DNA of 64,000 bases from the human T2T-CHM13v2.0 reference genome, Homo sapiens (GCF_009914755.1 NC_060947.1); one strand, 5' to 3'; positions 1 to 20,824 are shown, counted from the stretch's first letter. Numbers and translations: made by a program. Notes: generated by a model from the letters alone, not told the origin.

Positions 1-1392
<1,392 letters not shown>

Positions 1393-1407
1393 AAAAGCAC
1401 AAACAAC

Positions 1408-2314
1408 GGGAGGAGGAGCCAAGATGGCCGAATAGGAACAGCTCCAGTCTACAGCTCCCAGCGTGAGCAATGCAGAAGACAGGTGATTTCTGCATTTCCA
1501 TCTGAGGTACCGGGTTCATCTCACTAGGGAGTGCCAGACAGTGGGCGCAGGCCAGTGGGTGCGCGCACCGGGCGCGAGCCGAAGCAGGGCGAGGCATTAC
1601 CTCACCTGGGAAGCGCAAGGGGTCAGGGAGTTCCCTTTCCCAGTCAAAGAAAGGGGTGACGGACGCACCTGGAAAATCGGGTCACTCCCACCCGAATATT
1701 GCGCTTTTCAGACCGGCTTAAAAAACGGCACACCACGAGACTATATCCCACACCTGGCTCGGAGGGTCCTACGCCCACGGAATCTCGCTGATTGCTAGCA
1801 CAGCAGTCTGAGATCGAACTGCAAGGCGGCAGCGAGGCTGGGGGAGGGGCGCCCGCCATTGCCCAGGCTTGCTTAGGTAAACAAAGCAGCCCGGAAGCTG
1901 GAACTGGGTGGAGCCCACCACAGCTCAAGGAGGCCTGCCTGCCTCTGTAGGCTCCACCTCTGGGGGCAGGGCACAGACAAACAAAAAGACAGCAGTAACC
2001 TCTGCAGACTTAAATGTCCCTGTCTGACAGCTTTGAAGAGAGCAGTGGTTCTCCCAGCACGCAGCTGGAGATCTGAGAACGGGCAGACTGCCTCCTCAAG
2101 TGGGTCCCTGACCCCTGACCCCCGAGCAGCCTAACTGGGAGGCACCCCCCAGCAGGGGCACACTGACACCTCACAGGGCAGGGTATTCCAACAGACCTGC
2201 AGCTGAGGGTGCTGTCTGTTAGAAGGAAAACTAACAAACAGAAAGGACATCCACACCGAAAACCCATCTGTACATCACCATCATCAAAGACCAAAAGTAG
2301 ATAAAACCACAAAG
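1408..2314. promoter_or_regulatory. L1 5'UTR internal sense promoter and antisense promoter, with intact YY1 site
   Basis: GCCAAGATGGCCG (YY1) at 1418-1430; CpG-rich first ~500 bp; architecture known from L1HS/L1PA2. Confidence 0.85.
1644..1859 (-). CDS. ORF0: LINE-1 antisense ORF0, 71 aa, intact
   Basis: ATG at 1859 gives MAGAPPPASLPPCSSISDCCASNQRDSVGVGPSEPGVGYSLVVCRFLSRSEKRNIRVGVTRFSRCVRHPFL*, matching primate L1 ORF0 in sequence and length. Confidence 0.85.
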   Translation of the reverse strand: MAGAPPPASLPPCSSISDCCASNQRDSVGVGPSEPGVGYSLVVCRFLSRSEKRNIRVGVTRFSRCVRHPFL

Positions 2315-3331
2315 ATGGGGAAAAAACAGAACAGAAAAACTGGAAACTCTAAAACACAGAGCGCCTCTCCTCCTCCAAAGGAACGCAGTTCCTCACCAGC
2401 AACGGAACAAAGCTGGATGGAGAATGACTTTGACGAGCTGAGAGAAGAAGGCTTCAGACGATCAAATTACTCTGAGCTATGGGAGGACAGTCAAACCAAA
2501 GGCAAAGAAGTTGAAAACTTTGAAAAAAATTTAGAAGAATGTATAACTAGAATAACCAACACAGAGAAGTGCTTAAAGGAGCTGATGGAGCTGAAAGCCA
2601 AGGCTCGAGAACTACGTGAAGAATGCAGAAGCCTCAGGAGCCGATGCGATCAACTGGAAGAAAGGGTATCAGCGATGGAAGATGAAATGAATGAAATGAA
2701 GCGAGAAGGGAAGGTTAGAGAAAAAAGAATAAAAAGAAATGAGCAAAGCCTCCAAGAAATATGGGACTATGTGAAAAGACCAAATCTACGTCTGATTGGT
2801 GTACCTGAAAGTGATGCGGAGAATGGAACCAAGTTGGAAAACACTCTACAGGATATTATCCAGGAGAACTTCCCCAATCTAGCAAGGCAGGCCAACGTTC
2901 AGATTCAGGAAATACAGAGAACGCCACAAAGATACTCCTCGAGAAGAGCAACTCCAAGACATATAATTGTCAGATTCACCAAAGTTGAAATGAAGGAAAA
3001 AATGTTAAGGGCAGCCAGAGAGAAAGGTCGGGTTACCCACAAAGGGAAGCCCATCAGACTAACAGCGGATCTCTCGGCAGAAACCCTACAAGCCAGAAGA
3101 GAGTGGGGGCCAATATTCAACATTCTTAAAGAAAAGAATTTTCAGCCCAGAATTTCATATCCAGCCAAACTAAGCTTCATAAGTGAAGGAGAAATAAAAT
3201 CCTTTACAGACAAGCAAATGCTGAGAGATTTTGTCACCACCAGGCCTGCCCTAAAAGAGCTCCTGAAGGAAGCGCTAAACATGGAAAGGAACAACCGGTA
3301 CCAGCCGCTGCAAAATCATGCCAAAATGTAA
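2315..3331 (+). CDS. ORF1: LINE-1 ORF1p (coiled coil, RRM, CTD), 338 aa, intact
   Basis: MGKKQNRKTGNSK...QNHAKM, canonical length; REKG, ARR and YPAKLS motifs present. Confidence 0.97.
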   Translation: MGKKQNRKTGNSKTQSASPPPKERSSSPATEQSWMENDFDELREEGFRRSNYSELWEDSQTKGKEVENFEKNLEECITRITNTEKCLKELMELKAKARELREECRSLRSRCDQLEERVSAMEDEMNEMKREGKVREKRIKRNEQSLQEIWDYVKRPNLRLIGVPESDAENGTKLENTLQDIIQENFPNLARQANVQIQEIQRTPQRYSSRRATPRHIIVRFTKVEMKEKMLRAAREKGRVTHKGKPIRLTADLSAETLQARREWGPIFNILKEKNFQPRISYPAKLSFISEGEIKSFTDKQMLRDFVTTRPALKELLKEALNMERNNRYQPLQNHAKM

Positions 3332-3394
3332 AGACCATCAAGACTAGGAAGAAACTGCATCAACTAACGAGCAAAATCACCAGCTAACATCATA

Positions 3395-7222
<3,828 letters not shown>

Positions 7223-7460
7223 ACAATGAGATCACATGGACACAGGAAGGGGAATATCACACTCTGGGGACTGTGGTGGGGTGGGGGGAGCGGGGAGGGA
7301 TAGCATTGGGAGATATACCTAAGGCTAGATGACGAGTTAGTGGGTGCAGCGCACCAGCATGGCACATGTATACATATGTAACTAACCTGCACAATGTGCA
7401 CATGTACCCTAAAACTTAAAGTATAATAAGAAAAAAAAGAAAAAAAAAAGCACAAACAAC

Positions 7461-8116
7461 ATAAAAAAAGATAAATTGGACTTTATCAAAATTAAAAACT
7501 ATTGTGCTTCAAAGAGAAGCATCAAGAAAATGAAAAGGCAACCCACAAAATGAGAGAAAATATTTGCAAACCATATATCTGGCAAGGAACGTGTGTCTAG
7601 AAAAGACAACAAATTCTTACAACTCAATAATAAAAAGCCAACCTAATTCAAAATGGGCAAAGGATCTAAATAGACATCTATCCAAAGAAGAGAATGGACA
7701 ATAAGCACGTGAAAAGTTACTCATGATCATTAGCCATCAAGGAAATGTAAATCAAAACCGCAATGAGATACCACCTCACACCCACTAGGGTGGCTATAGT
7801 TAAAAGGAGAGATAATAACTAGTGTTGGTGAGGATATGGAGAAATTAAAACCCTCATACACTGCTGGAGGGAATGCAAAATGATGCAGCTGTTTTGGAAA
7901 ACACTCTAGCAATTCCTCAAAAGGTTACAGATAGAATTACCATATGATCCAGCAATTCTACTCTTTGGTATATACCCAAGAGAAATGAAAACGTATGTCC
8001 ACCCAAAAACTTGCACATAAATGTTCATAGCATCATTATTTATAATACCCAAAATGTAGAAACACCCCAAATTTCTATCAACTAATGAATGGATAAACAA
8101 AATATGATATATCCAA
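7461..8116 (+). mobile_element. Old L1M host, 3' continuation (ORF2 end region)
   Basis: Resumes ORF2 homology (DKLDFIKIKNYCASKR) right after the second TSD; typical L1M motifs (catatgatccagcaattc, gaatggataaacaaaat). Confidence 0.88.
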
Positions 8117-8419
8117 GGCCAGGTGCAGTGGCTCACATCTGCGATCCCAGCACTTTGGGAGGCCAAGGTGAGAGGATCACTTGAGCTCAGGAGTTCAAGA
8201 CTTAGCCTGGGCAACATAGTGAGACCTCATCTTTACCAAAATGAAAAAACAAAAAATTGCCTGACATGGTGGCACATGCCTATAGTCCCAACTATGTGGG
8301 AGGCTGAGGTGGGAGGATTGCTTGAACCTGGGAAGTTGAAGCTTTGGTGAGCCTGATCATGCCACTGCACTCCAGCCTGGGTATGGAGTGAGACCCTGTC
8401 TCAAAAAAAAAAAAAAAAA
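8117..8419 (+). mobile_element. AluJ
   Basis: Dimeric Alu with J-type ggatcacttgagctcagg; TSD gatatatcca. Confidence 0.93.
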
Positions 8420-8849
8420 GATATATCCATACAATAAATATTTGGCCATAAAACAAAATGAAGGTGATAAAAAATGTGATCAAAATTGTAAAGCCAGAAA
8501 TGAAGAAAATAAAGAAATTCATTTATGCTTTCATTAAAAAAAAGAAAGTGTAAAGCCCCACACAAGGTGCTTCCCTTTAGGTTATTTCTATAGGATGGCA
8601 AAACATCTGTCAGTTGTGTGGTGTATTTATTCATATACAATCTGCATTCAGTCCATATGTTCAAACAATCACACATAAAAACTCCAAAAATCTTGGGACC
8701 TTCTGCTTCAAATAATATCATATTATTGTGATAAATAACTTTCAGATTTGCTTCAGTATTGCAAAAGACCAAAGATTTTTTAAGTTTCCATGCCTTCCTG
8801 GGGGGAAAAATACTGAAATAGAAGAGAGAATAGGAAAATAAAGAGATAG

Positions 8850-9233
<384 letters not shown>

Positions 9234-9611
9234 TATAACTAATATTTCTTTTTCACTCCTTTTCTCCTGCTTAAATGCTGCCTTCATCTTTGTTCTCTCT
9301 TTTTTCAACTATCTTTCCATCAACCTGTGTACCAGGATGAATGAAATATGTTCATTCAGAGATGGGCAGATGGAGTTCATTTGCTGTCCGGAATAGTTGG
9401 TGAGGGGAGGGGTTAGGGCCGGCCCCAAATTGTGATATTAACAAAATATTTCTTTGTCTCTTTGAATACTTCCCTGTCAAGCTATCCCTCAAGACTTTTA
9501 TGCATTGATTCAACATTCACTTACCTACTGGGTACCAGGTACCATGCTAGGTTCTGGGAACACAAAATGAGTGAGATTTCTTTCCAGACCTCAAGGAACT
9601 CATAGCTTAGT

Positions 9612-9850
9612 GCAATGTTTCTCAACCTTTTTTCATTATTGCCCCCCTAAGGAGCCTCTTTAGACCTTTTTGTACCCTAATCAAACCCCACGTGCCCATG
9701 AAATTTTAAATCCACAGATACACTGTGTATCTGTTTTTATATTTGTGGCCTTTTGGAGGGTCAGCAACCATTGTCATACCTAAGATTTTTGTACTTCCCC
9801 TCCCAGGAACCAAGTTTTGCCCTCTTGGGGGCCATATTGATTCCACCAAG
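9612..9850. mobile_element. hAT-Charlie-like DNA transposon relic
   Basis: Begins caatgtttctcaacctttttt, a Charlie-type terminus; family not assigned. Confidence 0.5.
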
Positions 9851-10344
9851 CATGCATGATTTAGTGGGGGAGAATGATGTAAACAAGATGACAAAATGAT
9901 GTAACATCATCAAGGCAGAGCAAAATGTATCAGATCTCAAAGAAAGACTTTACATCCAAAGCTACTTGGATGGCAAGAGCCTGAGCTGGGAGCTTCTAGA
10001 AATAGAAAAATCAATACAACAAGGTCTCTACCTCCAAAGCATTTTCCAAAGAGCAATTCTTCCTTCTTCCTTTGTTCCTTCCTCTATCTCTTCTCCCTTC
10101 CCTCCACAAATTCTTGAGTAACTAGTAAGTGTCAAACACTGAATCCCTTCTCAAACTTTCCTTCCCTAGTCCAGTTTTGCTCCCTTTTTTTTTTCTACTC
10201 TTCTCAGATCCCAGTGCTTTTCTACTCTCTCTTAAATTAATTTATTCAGGTCCCTTATCTCCACTAATGCATAAATGACTAATGAAAGTTGAAAATGTTA
10301 CCTTTCTGTGGTCAAGACAATTCATTATCTTACATTCTTAGGTA

Positions 10345-10795
10345 CAGAATCTTAGTTTTATTCCAGAGTGCAAAGGAACCAGTGACAAGACTACATTACC
10401 CAATCTACCTCGCAGCTAGGGTTGACGGATGTGGTGTAAAGAGAAGTGGTTGGTTGGGATGTTCAGGAAGCTTCTTTAAAAGTAGGAGCTGGCATGTACT
10501 TTTTGCCTTTTCCTCTTAATCTTTTCTGCTGGCCAGAATACATATATGACAGCTTGAGCTCCAGCAGCCATCTTGGACTCCGAGTGGAACTTGGAGGTAG
10601 AATGTACATACTTAGAATGATAAAGCAAAAAGACTAAAAGGGCTTGGGCTCTTGACGGCCTTGGGACTTCCCTCCTAACATTGGATTGCCTTCTTCTGGA
10701 TTTACTATACATGAGGGAAGAATCAACTCTTAAGGGTTTAAGCCACTGCTATTTTGGGTTTTCTGTTTCATGCCACCAAATCAAAGACTAATATC
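10345..10795 (+). mobile_element. Old MaLR LTR (MLT1J/K-like)
   Basis: Typical MLT1 3' end ttaagccactgctattttgggttttctgtt...ctaata. Confidence 0.6.
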
Positions 10796-11133
10796 TTCCA
10801 GTGGTGGTACCTGCATTTCAAGAGGCATTGAAAGTTTAACCTAAAAAATGAAACTCTGTCCCCAAGTTTCAGGCAGAAACCAGCAGCAGGATTTTGAGAT
10901 CTTAGATCTTCTTTGGGATTTTGAGATCCTTGTTGGGATGCATCCCTAATATCTATAAAAATAAGAGCTGTATTTTGTAATTACCTTCTACCTGAGCACC
11001 TCTGCTATGTTAACCAATCTATAAAATAACATTAAAATGCTACTTTCTTGTGGAATTATTCATTTAAGTGTTAATTATTCATTTAAGTGAGTTAAGTGCA
11101 AAACAAAAAAAACCCTTTAAAATAAGTATATAG

Positions 11134-11427
11134 AGCCAAGCATGGTAGCTCATGCCTGTGATCCCAAGTGTTTTGGGAGGCTGAGGCGGGAGGATCACTT
11201 GAGCCCAGGAGTTTGAGACCAGCCTGGGCAACATAGCAAGACCTTGTTTCTATAAAAGAAAAAAATTAACCTGGTATGGTGGCATGCGCCTGTAGTCCCA
11301 GCTACTTGAGAGGCTGAGGTGGGAGGATCACTTGAGCCCAGGATTTGGAGGCTATAGTGAGCTATGATAGCGCCACCGCACTCCAGCCTGTGCAACAGAG
11401 CAAGACCTTGTCTCAAAAAAAGAGAAA
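11134..11427 (+). mobile_element. AluJ
   Basis: Dimer, both arms with ggatcacttgagcccagg; TSD aagtatata. Confidence 0.92.
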
Positions 11428-11883
11428 AGTATATAAATGTTTAATTACTAAGTTGATTGCTTTTGATGGAAATCAACTACCTCTACAAAAGCATAATTCA
11501 GACTTATGTTTGGGCACTCTTATAACCTGTGGTTTTTGTTTGTTTGTTTCCTGGGCCTGTGCTGAGGAAACAAAAATCTAGAATAGGACTTTGATAAGCC
11601 ACAATTATCTTAATATATACATGCCCATGGTAGAACGTGACTCAGGTGGTGAGTTGGTACCCAGAGCAATGTAACACTAATAAGAAGCTATCTCTGCTTA
11701 GTCACACTACCGTTAAAAATTTCAATCCTACCTACTTGGAAATGGCATGTAAGAATTCCAGTGGCTAAGAAAACATGAATCATGAGGGTTGGGGAAAGAA
11801 AAATTGGATTTGTTAATGTGATATTGAAAATCTACTATGTGTGTGGTTGTCTTACACATTTTTTGATACCAAATTATGTCTAG

Positions 11884-12286
<403 letters not shown>

Positions 12287-12789
12287 AAGCCCCTATTTCT
12301 GATCTCTGCCCTCATTGCAAACGTGCATTAATTCACCCAAACAGAAAGACACTTATTCATCTATAAAATTATATTATAACATACATATCTAAGTTTTCCA
12401 AAGAGTGCATTTGAGCTGCTGAACCCCTTAAGCTACCAATAAAAAAACTCCTTCTCCACACAGACCTCACTCAAGCCATGAACAGCATCTTGCTGAGATT
12501 TGCATAATCACATTTTCCAGAAATGCACCTAAATGTTTATTATGGTTCATAGGGATAAAAATTGCTTGCTAGTTACTATAATGCGTGCTTGTGTGAAACT
12601 GAATACCAGTCCTTGAGACTTTCTAATTACAAATTCATGCATAAGAAGGAGTAATCCCATGGAAAGGATCAAAATTCATGAATAAATATATTCACGAATA
12701 TGTATCTACAACTACAGAAGTTCCTATAGCCGAAGGTCAAAATAATCTGCACCCACCTGGAAAATCAGTAACTTTATGTGTAAGATCAG

Positions 12790-13145
12790 TGATACAGTTT
12801 GGCTCTGTGTCCCCACCCAAATCTCATCTTGTAGCTCCCATAATTCCCACGAGTTGTGGGAGGGAGCCAGTGGGAAATGACTGAATCATGGGGGCAGGTC
12901 TTTCCCGTGCTGTTCTCATGATAGTCAATGGGTCTCACGAGATCTGGTAGTTTTAAAAATGGGACTTTCCCTGCATAAGCTCTCTTCTCTGGTCTGCTGT
13001 CATGTGAGACATGCCTTTCACCTTCTGCCATGATTGTGAGGTCTCCCCAGCCACGTGGAACTGTAAGTTCAATAAACCTCTTTCTTTTGTAAATTGCCCA
13101 GTCTCAGGTATGTCTTCATCAGCAGCATGAAAATGAACTAATACA
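12790..13145 (+). mobile_element. THE1 (THE1B-like) solo LTR, MaLR
   Basis: TGATACAGTTTGGCTCTGTGTCCCCACCCAAATCTCATCTT ... AATAAACCTC ... AACTAATACA, ~355 bp. Confidence 0.92.
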
Positions 13146-13284
13146 ATCCACTCCCCTCAAATAAAGCCAAACTGAAGTTTCAGAACAAATAAACAAAAAT
13201 ATAGCATTTAGAAGAAGGCAGGAAGTATAGAAGTTGAGTGAAAAGGACCCATAGCAGATTGTTCTGAGGTCAACTATTACTTAA

Positions 13285-13740
13285 TAGTCAGGGTTCCAGC
13301 AGGAAACGGAAGGTATACTTAGCTGGGATCTGTGAAGACAGTTTGACAAAGAGAATATTTATGGAGGTGTGGGCAGGGTTAAAGAAACCAAGAGATGACA
13401 GAGCACCCAGAGACTAGCAGCACCTGGAAGCTCTTGCTCCCCTTGGGTTGGAAAAGGGAAGGAGAAGAAATGATGGTACCAGCTTCCAGTAGGAGCCAGA
13501 GCTATGGAGAGGGGATGACTGACAAAAGCTACAGTTGTACAGGGAGACAGCTGCTGTCATAACCAGGCAGATGGAGCAGGGAAAGAGCTGGGAAGAAATA
13601 GCCCAACCTCTCTGTCTCCTTCCTCCCACTCTTCAATAACCTGTGGTAGCTCCCATTGGTTGAACCCAAACAGAATCCAAGGATAAGGGAGTCCAGGGCA
13701 CAGAGCAGAGCCCAGATGGGCCTAGGGTGGGTTAAGAAGA
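13285..13740 (-). mobile_element. Old ERVL-class LTR relic (LTR33/LTR67-like)
   Basis: tagtcagggttccagcaggaaac...tttatggaggtgtgggcaggg resembles an antisense ERVL LTR end. Confidence 0.55.
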
Positions 13741-13749
13741 GATATTGAA

Positions 13750-14049
13750 GGCCAGGCATGGTGGCTCGTGCCTGTAATCCCAGCACTTCCGGAGGCTGAG
13801 GCAGGCAGATCACCTGAGGTCAGGAGTTCGAGACCAGCCAGGCCAACATGGCGAAACCCTGTCTCTAGTAAAAATACAAAAATTAGCCGGGCGTGGTGGT
13901 GGACGCCTGTAATCCTAGCTACTCAGGAGGCTGAGGCAGGAGAATCGCTTGAACCCAGGAGGTGGAGGTTGTGGTGAGCTGAGATCGCGTCATTGCACTC
14001 CGGCCTGGGCGATAAGAATAAAACTCCGTCAAAAAAAAAAAAAAAAAAA
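13750..14049 (+). mobile_element. AluS (Sq-like)
   Basis: Full dimer with poly-A. Confidence 0.93.
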
Positions 14050-14113
14050 GAGATTGAAAAAGAGAATGCCAGCATGCTGGAAAATACGCAGATGGGGATA
14101 AAACCAGTATCTA

Positions 14114-14465
<352 letters not shown>

Positions 14466-15581
14466 TTAAACGAGACAGTGCATGTAGAATACTGAGCACA
14501 ATGCCAAGCATAGAAGAAGCAGCTAGTTAATGTTAGCTATTGTTTTTTATTGTATGGGCAATTGAAGATTCAGATATGTTTGTTTCAAGTCATGGTCAGT
14601 TTATCAATCAGTATTAAGATGTATGACCTCTTAAAGCTGGCTTACACAGATATCTTTCCAAGCTGCCTTTTTTCCATTAAATTGCATGACTTTATACTCC
14701 ATAACATAACCAGTGATGTATCAGACAGCAGTTTCATCTCCCTGAAGCCTGCACACTCACACGATCTATTAAAATAATAAAACACACACCAAAGAATGTA
14801 GAGGAACTTCTCCTTCCCCCTTTGGAAAAAGAATATATTAGTTTTCTTCTCTTTTGATCTGCAGGTGGACTCATAAAACATTCACATTCTAGACTCCTCA
14901 GCTCCCAAAAATTCTTCCCCACCTGCCTTTGATGCCTGAAATTCTTCCATAAAGGAATAAAGCTTTCCTTCTGCAACTGAAGTCAAGACATGAAATGAAA
15001 ATGGCCCTTGGGAAAAGAGCATATTGGCTAAGAGTTCAGACACTTCCCGGGCAGCAAGTTTTGATAGAGGCAGAAAGGGTGAGAACAGGCTTCCTTTAAC
15101 TACCCAGGCCCTGCTGAGACTGACACAGAGAGAAGTGGGCGTGTTCCCCACTGCTGTGCGAGGGAAGGAAGGTCCTGAGGCCTGTGTTGAATTAAAAAGG
15201 GCGTGACTCAAAGTATTGCAGCCAGCTGCAGGGGAGAACTGGAACAGTTCTTGATGAGTGCCAAGGTCAGAGCTGGGAAGTCAATTTCATGTGTGCCATC
15301 CAAAAGGTGAGGCCAGGACAGAAAACTAGTATGGAATATTAGTTGTGCCTGGGGGCAATGGTCAAAATCCATAACAGGTATAGTAATATAGAGATATGGA
15401 TATAGAAATATAATATATGTAGATAGAGATAAAGACATATTTGGACATATTGGTACATATTATATAATACAATAAAATGAAAATACATAAACATTTTTAT
15501 TCTCTAACTAAATACTATATGTTTAAATATCATAAAACTGCTTATTGCATCATTCATCAAATAATTCTAATAATTTCTTAA

Positions 15582-16190
<609 letters not shown>

Positions 16191-16363
16191 CAAAAAATGC
16201 TTCTGTAGCTTGGGCCCTACAGGCTGCCTCAGGAGATTCAAATATTCTTCCTATTTTCATTACTTTAATTTACAGATGTTCTATTTAATTATTTCCAATT
16301 ATTATTTTTGTATGGTAGTGCATTATAAAATTTATTGAATTGAATTTATTTAAATCTTTTACT

Positions 16364-16640
16364 TCAGGGATCATTAAAGTTTTTCTGTAATGAGGTGGCA
16401 GGTAAATATTTTAGCATTTGCAGGACACACGGTGTCTGTAGCAACTACTCGATTCTGCTGTGGTAGTGAAAAAGCAGTCACAGACGATATAGAAACAAAT
16501 GGGTGTGCTGTGTTCCAATAAAACTCTATTTGTGGACGCTGGAATTTGAATTTTAGATAATTTTCACTTGTCAACAAATATTTTTCTTCTTTCGTTCACA
16601 GGCTGTACAAAATTCGGGAGCAGACTAGATTTGGCTTGTG
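16364..16640. mobile_element. MER58-like hAT-Charlie MITE
   Basis: gtaaatattttagcatttgcagg...gcaactactc...gtgttccaataaaact MER58 core. Confidence 0.8.
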
Positions 16641-16772
16641 TGTCCAGGGAACAATTTCTGTTTGACCTGATTTATATGTTTAGTGTATCATCCAAAGATA
16701 ATTGAATGCAGTGGCTTATTTTCAATTTAAAATATCCAGAAAGATTTCTAAAATTTTGACTGAAGCTCTATT

Positions 16773-17420
<648 letters not shown>

Positions 17421-17559
17421 GAAGAAGCTCTATTCTTTTTACCAGGCAATAAAGTTTTCCTGTAAATATTTGTCATTTCAATAACTTTTTTTCAAATACC
17501 AACAATAGAGTTTAAAATATTATTCCTTTTGCTTCTATAATATCAACAAAACCTGTTCA

Positions 17560-18049
<490 letters not shown>

Positions 18050-18503
18050 TCACTAGATAAGTTCTGCAATAAGGAGGACCTTAGGTTTGGATTGCGTTCA
18101 CATGCTTATATCAATATACTGTTATCTTTGAAGTTCTCATAAAAATTTCCCTTTTGAAAAGTTTGATTATTTTTAACTGCCCAGTTGACATGAAAAAGAC
18201 TAAGAATGACAAATCAAAGATTAGGAGGGACCCAAGGAGAGGACTGCATTGGGCAAGTTGGGGGGCGGAGAGTTGTGGGGAAGAGGCAGGGCCAGCACTA
18301 TGGTGTGAACTGTATTTGGCCCTTACTACTTGTGTGTGAGCAGTTGTAGGGGCTTGCCAGGGGCTGAAGGAAAAGTGCAGTGGTTTGCATAATGAATGGG
18401 AAGGGAGAAGCAAAGATCATAATAAAATGGATGGAAAGGAAAGGAAAGGAAAGGAAAAAATTGGCCCTGGCAAGATGGGAGAGGGAGCAAAAAGAGGGTT
18501 TGA

Positions 18504-18770
18504 GGCTGGGCACGGTGGCTCATTCCTGTAATCCCAGCACTTTGGGAGGCCGAGGTGGGTGGATCATTTGAGGTCAGGAGTTTGAGAGCAGCCTGGCCAA
18601 CATGTGAAATCCCGTCTCTACTAAAGTACAAAAATTAGCAGGGCGTGGTGGTGGGCATCTGTAATCCCAAGTACTCGGGAGGCTGAGACACGAGAATCGT
18701 TTGAACCCAGAGGTGGAGGTTGTAGTGAGCTGAGATCACGCCACTGCGCTCCAGCCTGGGCGACAAAGAA
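18504..18770 (+). mobile_element. AluS lacking 3' end and tail
   Basis: Dimer ends at cctgggcgacaaaga. Confidence 0.9.
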
Positions 18771-20327
18771 AATAGGATAGTGTTTCTATTCTAGATGAAT
18801 AAAAGGCAGAGGAGGGCTGGGGGTTGAAGATGCAGGGGAATCAGGTAATGAGGGGCTGGGAAGGGAGGGGCTCCAAGGCCCAGGATGATGGGAGGTAGAC
18901 AATCCCGTCTGAGAGGAAGGGAAGATCATGAGGATAGGAGGCAGAAAGAACCTGTCTGACTGGGGGGTGGTGGGAGCAGGGGACATGACGGAGAAGTGTG
19001 AGGAAGTCACGCATACTGAAAGGAGAGGACTTTAAGGCATGTTGTGAAAGTTTGAGACCGTTGCTGTGGACAGTGGGAGAGAGGATGTGATCAGAGGCTG
19101 GGACTGTGGAATTGATTTTAAGATCCTAGTTCTCTCCAATTGCACTGCCCTGGCTTTATGATATTGCCAAGCTGTGATGTCTTCGAATAGGAAATTAAAA
19201 CTATGTAGCCTATATTTTGCATCTGGAATTTTCCAGTTCCATTTCTTGCTGCTTCCTACACGTGAACAACCATTTCACGCCGAGATCCACCTCTCCACAG
19301 TAGTTCACAGAATCCTGCCTAGGAGTAGGGAGAGAAAACAGCTAAGTGGAGCCCCCATCGTCTGTCCAGCAACCTTATCACGTTATGAATCCAGAAGCAA
19401 TTCCACTTGGGCTGTTTGTCAACAGAGCTCACACAGTCCAGTTAGCAGCCCCTGGAGTCCGTTCAGGGTAGCCTCGGACCATGACTGGATTCTCCAAAGG
19501 CCCCCTCTGAGTGGCTCCCTTTGTTACCAAAATATGAAATGCCCTTGGGGTCTGATTTCCAAAGTTACCTATCCAAGGAAGACCCCGTCAAGTGCTCCTC
19601 CACTCTCTGGCTTGGACACTGCCTGGGCTTTTTCAATCTGCCCATTGCCCTTCTCTGCTGCCCAATGTACCCCAACCCCCATTACTAGACAGGCTCCACC
19701 AGGCATGCCACACCTCCACCCAGCCAGTTCCCGCCATGAAATGCACTCTGACAGGCGCTTCCCTTCAGCAGCAGCTGCTCAAATCTGGGCAGAGCCAGAA
19801 GTGGCCTGTGGGGCCCCTCCCCTGTGCTTACACTCCGCAGACAAGCAGACCTCCGCTCGGGTCACCCAAAGTCCTGGTGCTCCAGGGTGGGACCCAGCCC
19901 AGCACAGCCAGGTGGTACAGTCTCACACTCCCTGGCCTCCTGGATGCTCCACGCTCCATCTGCAGGTCATCTGTCCTCTCACTCTGTCTCCAGAGCCTGT
20001 GGAGGCAGTTGGACCCATTGCTAAGGTACTTGGCCACGGAATGGCCATTTCTTCTGAGAAGCAGGCCTGCCAAATTACAGGCTGTAGGCCTTCCAACTGA
20101 CCAAAGGTCTGCATTTGCAGCATGGAATTGAAAGATGTCCTTCTACCTCCATGGGCCCTATCTACCAGTCAAAGCAGAGGCTAAATACCACTTCCTCCAT
20201 GCAGCCTTCCCTCATTCCTGTGATTAAATGTCATTTTTTTCCTTCTCTAAACAGCCGCAGAGCCTCACCAGGGCTTTAAGTTCATTCATTCATTTGTTCA
20301 ATAAATATTTATTAAGAATCTTAATGA

Positions 20328-20673
20328 GGCTGGGTGCGGTGGCTCACGCCTGTAATCCCAACACTTTGGGAGGCCAAGGCGGGTGGATCACTTGAGGTCA
20401 GGAGTTCCAGACCAGCCTGGCCAACATGGTGAAACTCTGTCTGTACTAAAAATACAGAAGTTAGCTGGGCGTGGTGGTGTGCACCTGTAATCTCAGCTAC
20501 TTGGGAGGCTAAGCCAGGAGAATTGCTTGAACCTGGGAGGCAGAGGTTGCAGTGAACCGAGATCGTGTCACTGTACTACAGCCTGGGCAACAGAGCAAGA
20601 CTCTGTTTCAAAGAAAACAAAAAACAAAACAACAACAAAAACAAAACAAAACAAACAAACAAACAAACAAAAA
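20328..20673 (+). mobile_element. AluS inserted in an L2 3' end
   Basis: Dimer, (CAAA)n tail; flanks share atcttaatga; ttcattcattcatt...aatatttatt L2 terminus upstream. Confidence 0.92.
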
Positions 20674-20824
20674 GATCTTAATGAATATCCTGGGACCAGG
20701 CTCTATGTGCCATGTACTAGAACATAAGGATGAAAGCACAAGTTCTCTACCTCATGGAATTTTCCTAAGTAACTGAGAAACGGCTGTATACCCAAACAAT
20801 CTAATATTAAAAAATTATTGTGTG

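Noticed and set aside
11054-11089. 17-bp near-tandem duplicate aattattcatttaagtg (similar micro-duplications at ~34994-35025 and ~58782-58850)
   Set aside because: Ordinary slippage-scale duplications with no sign of function
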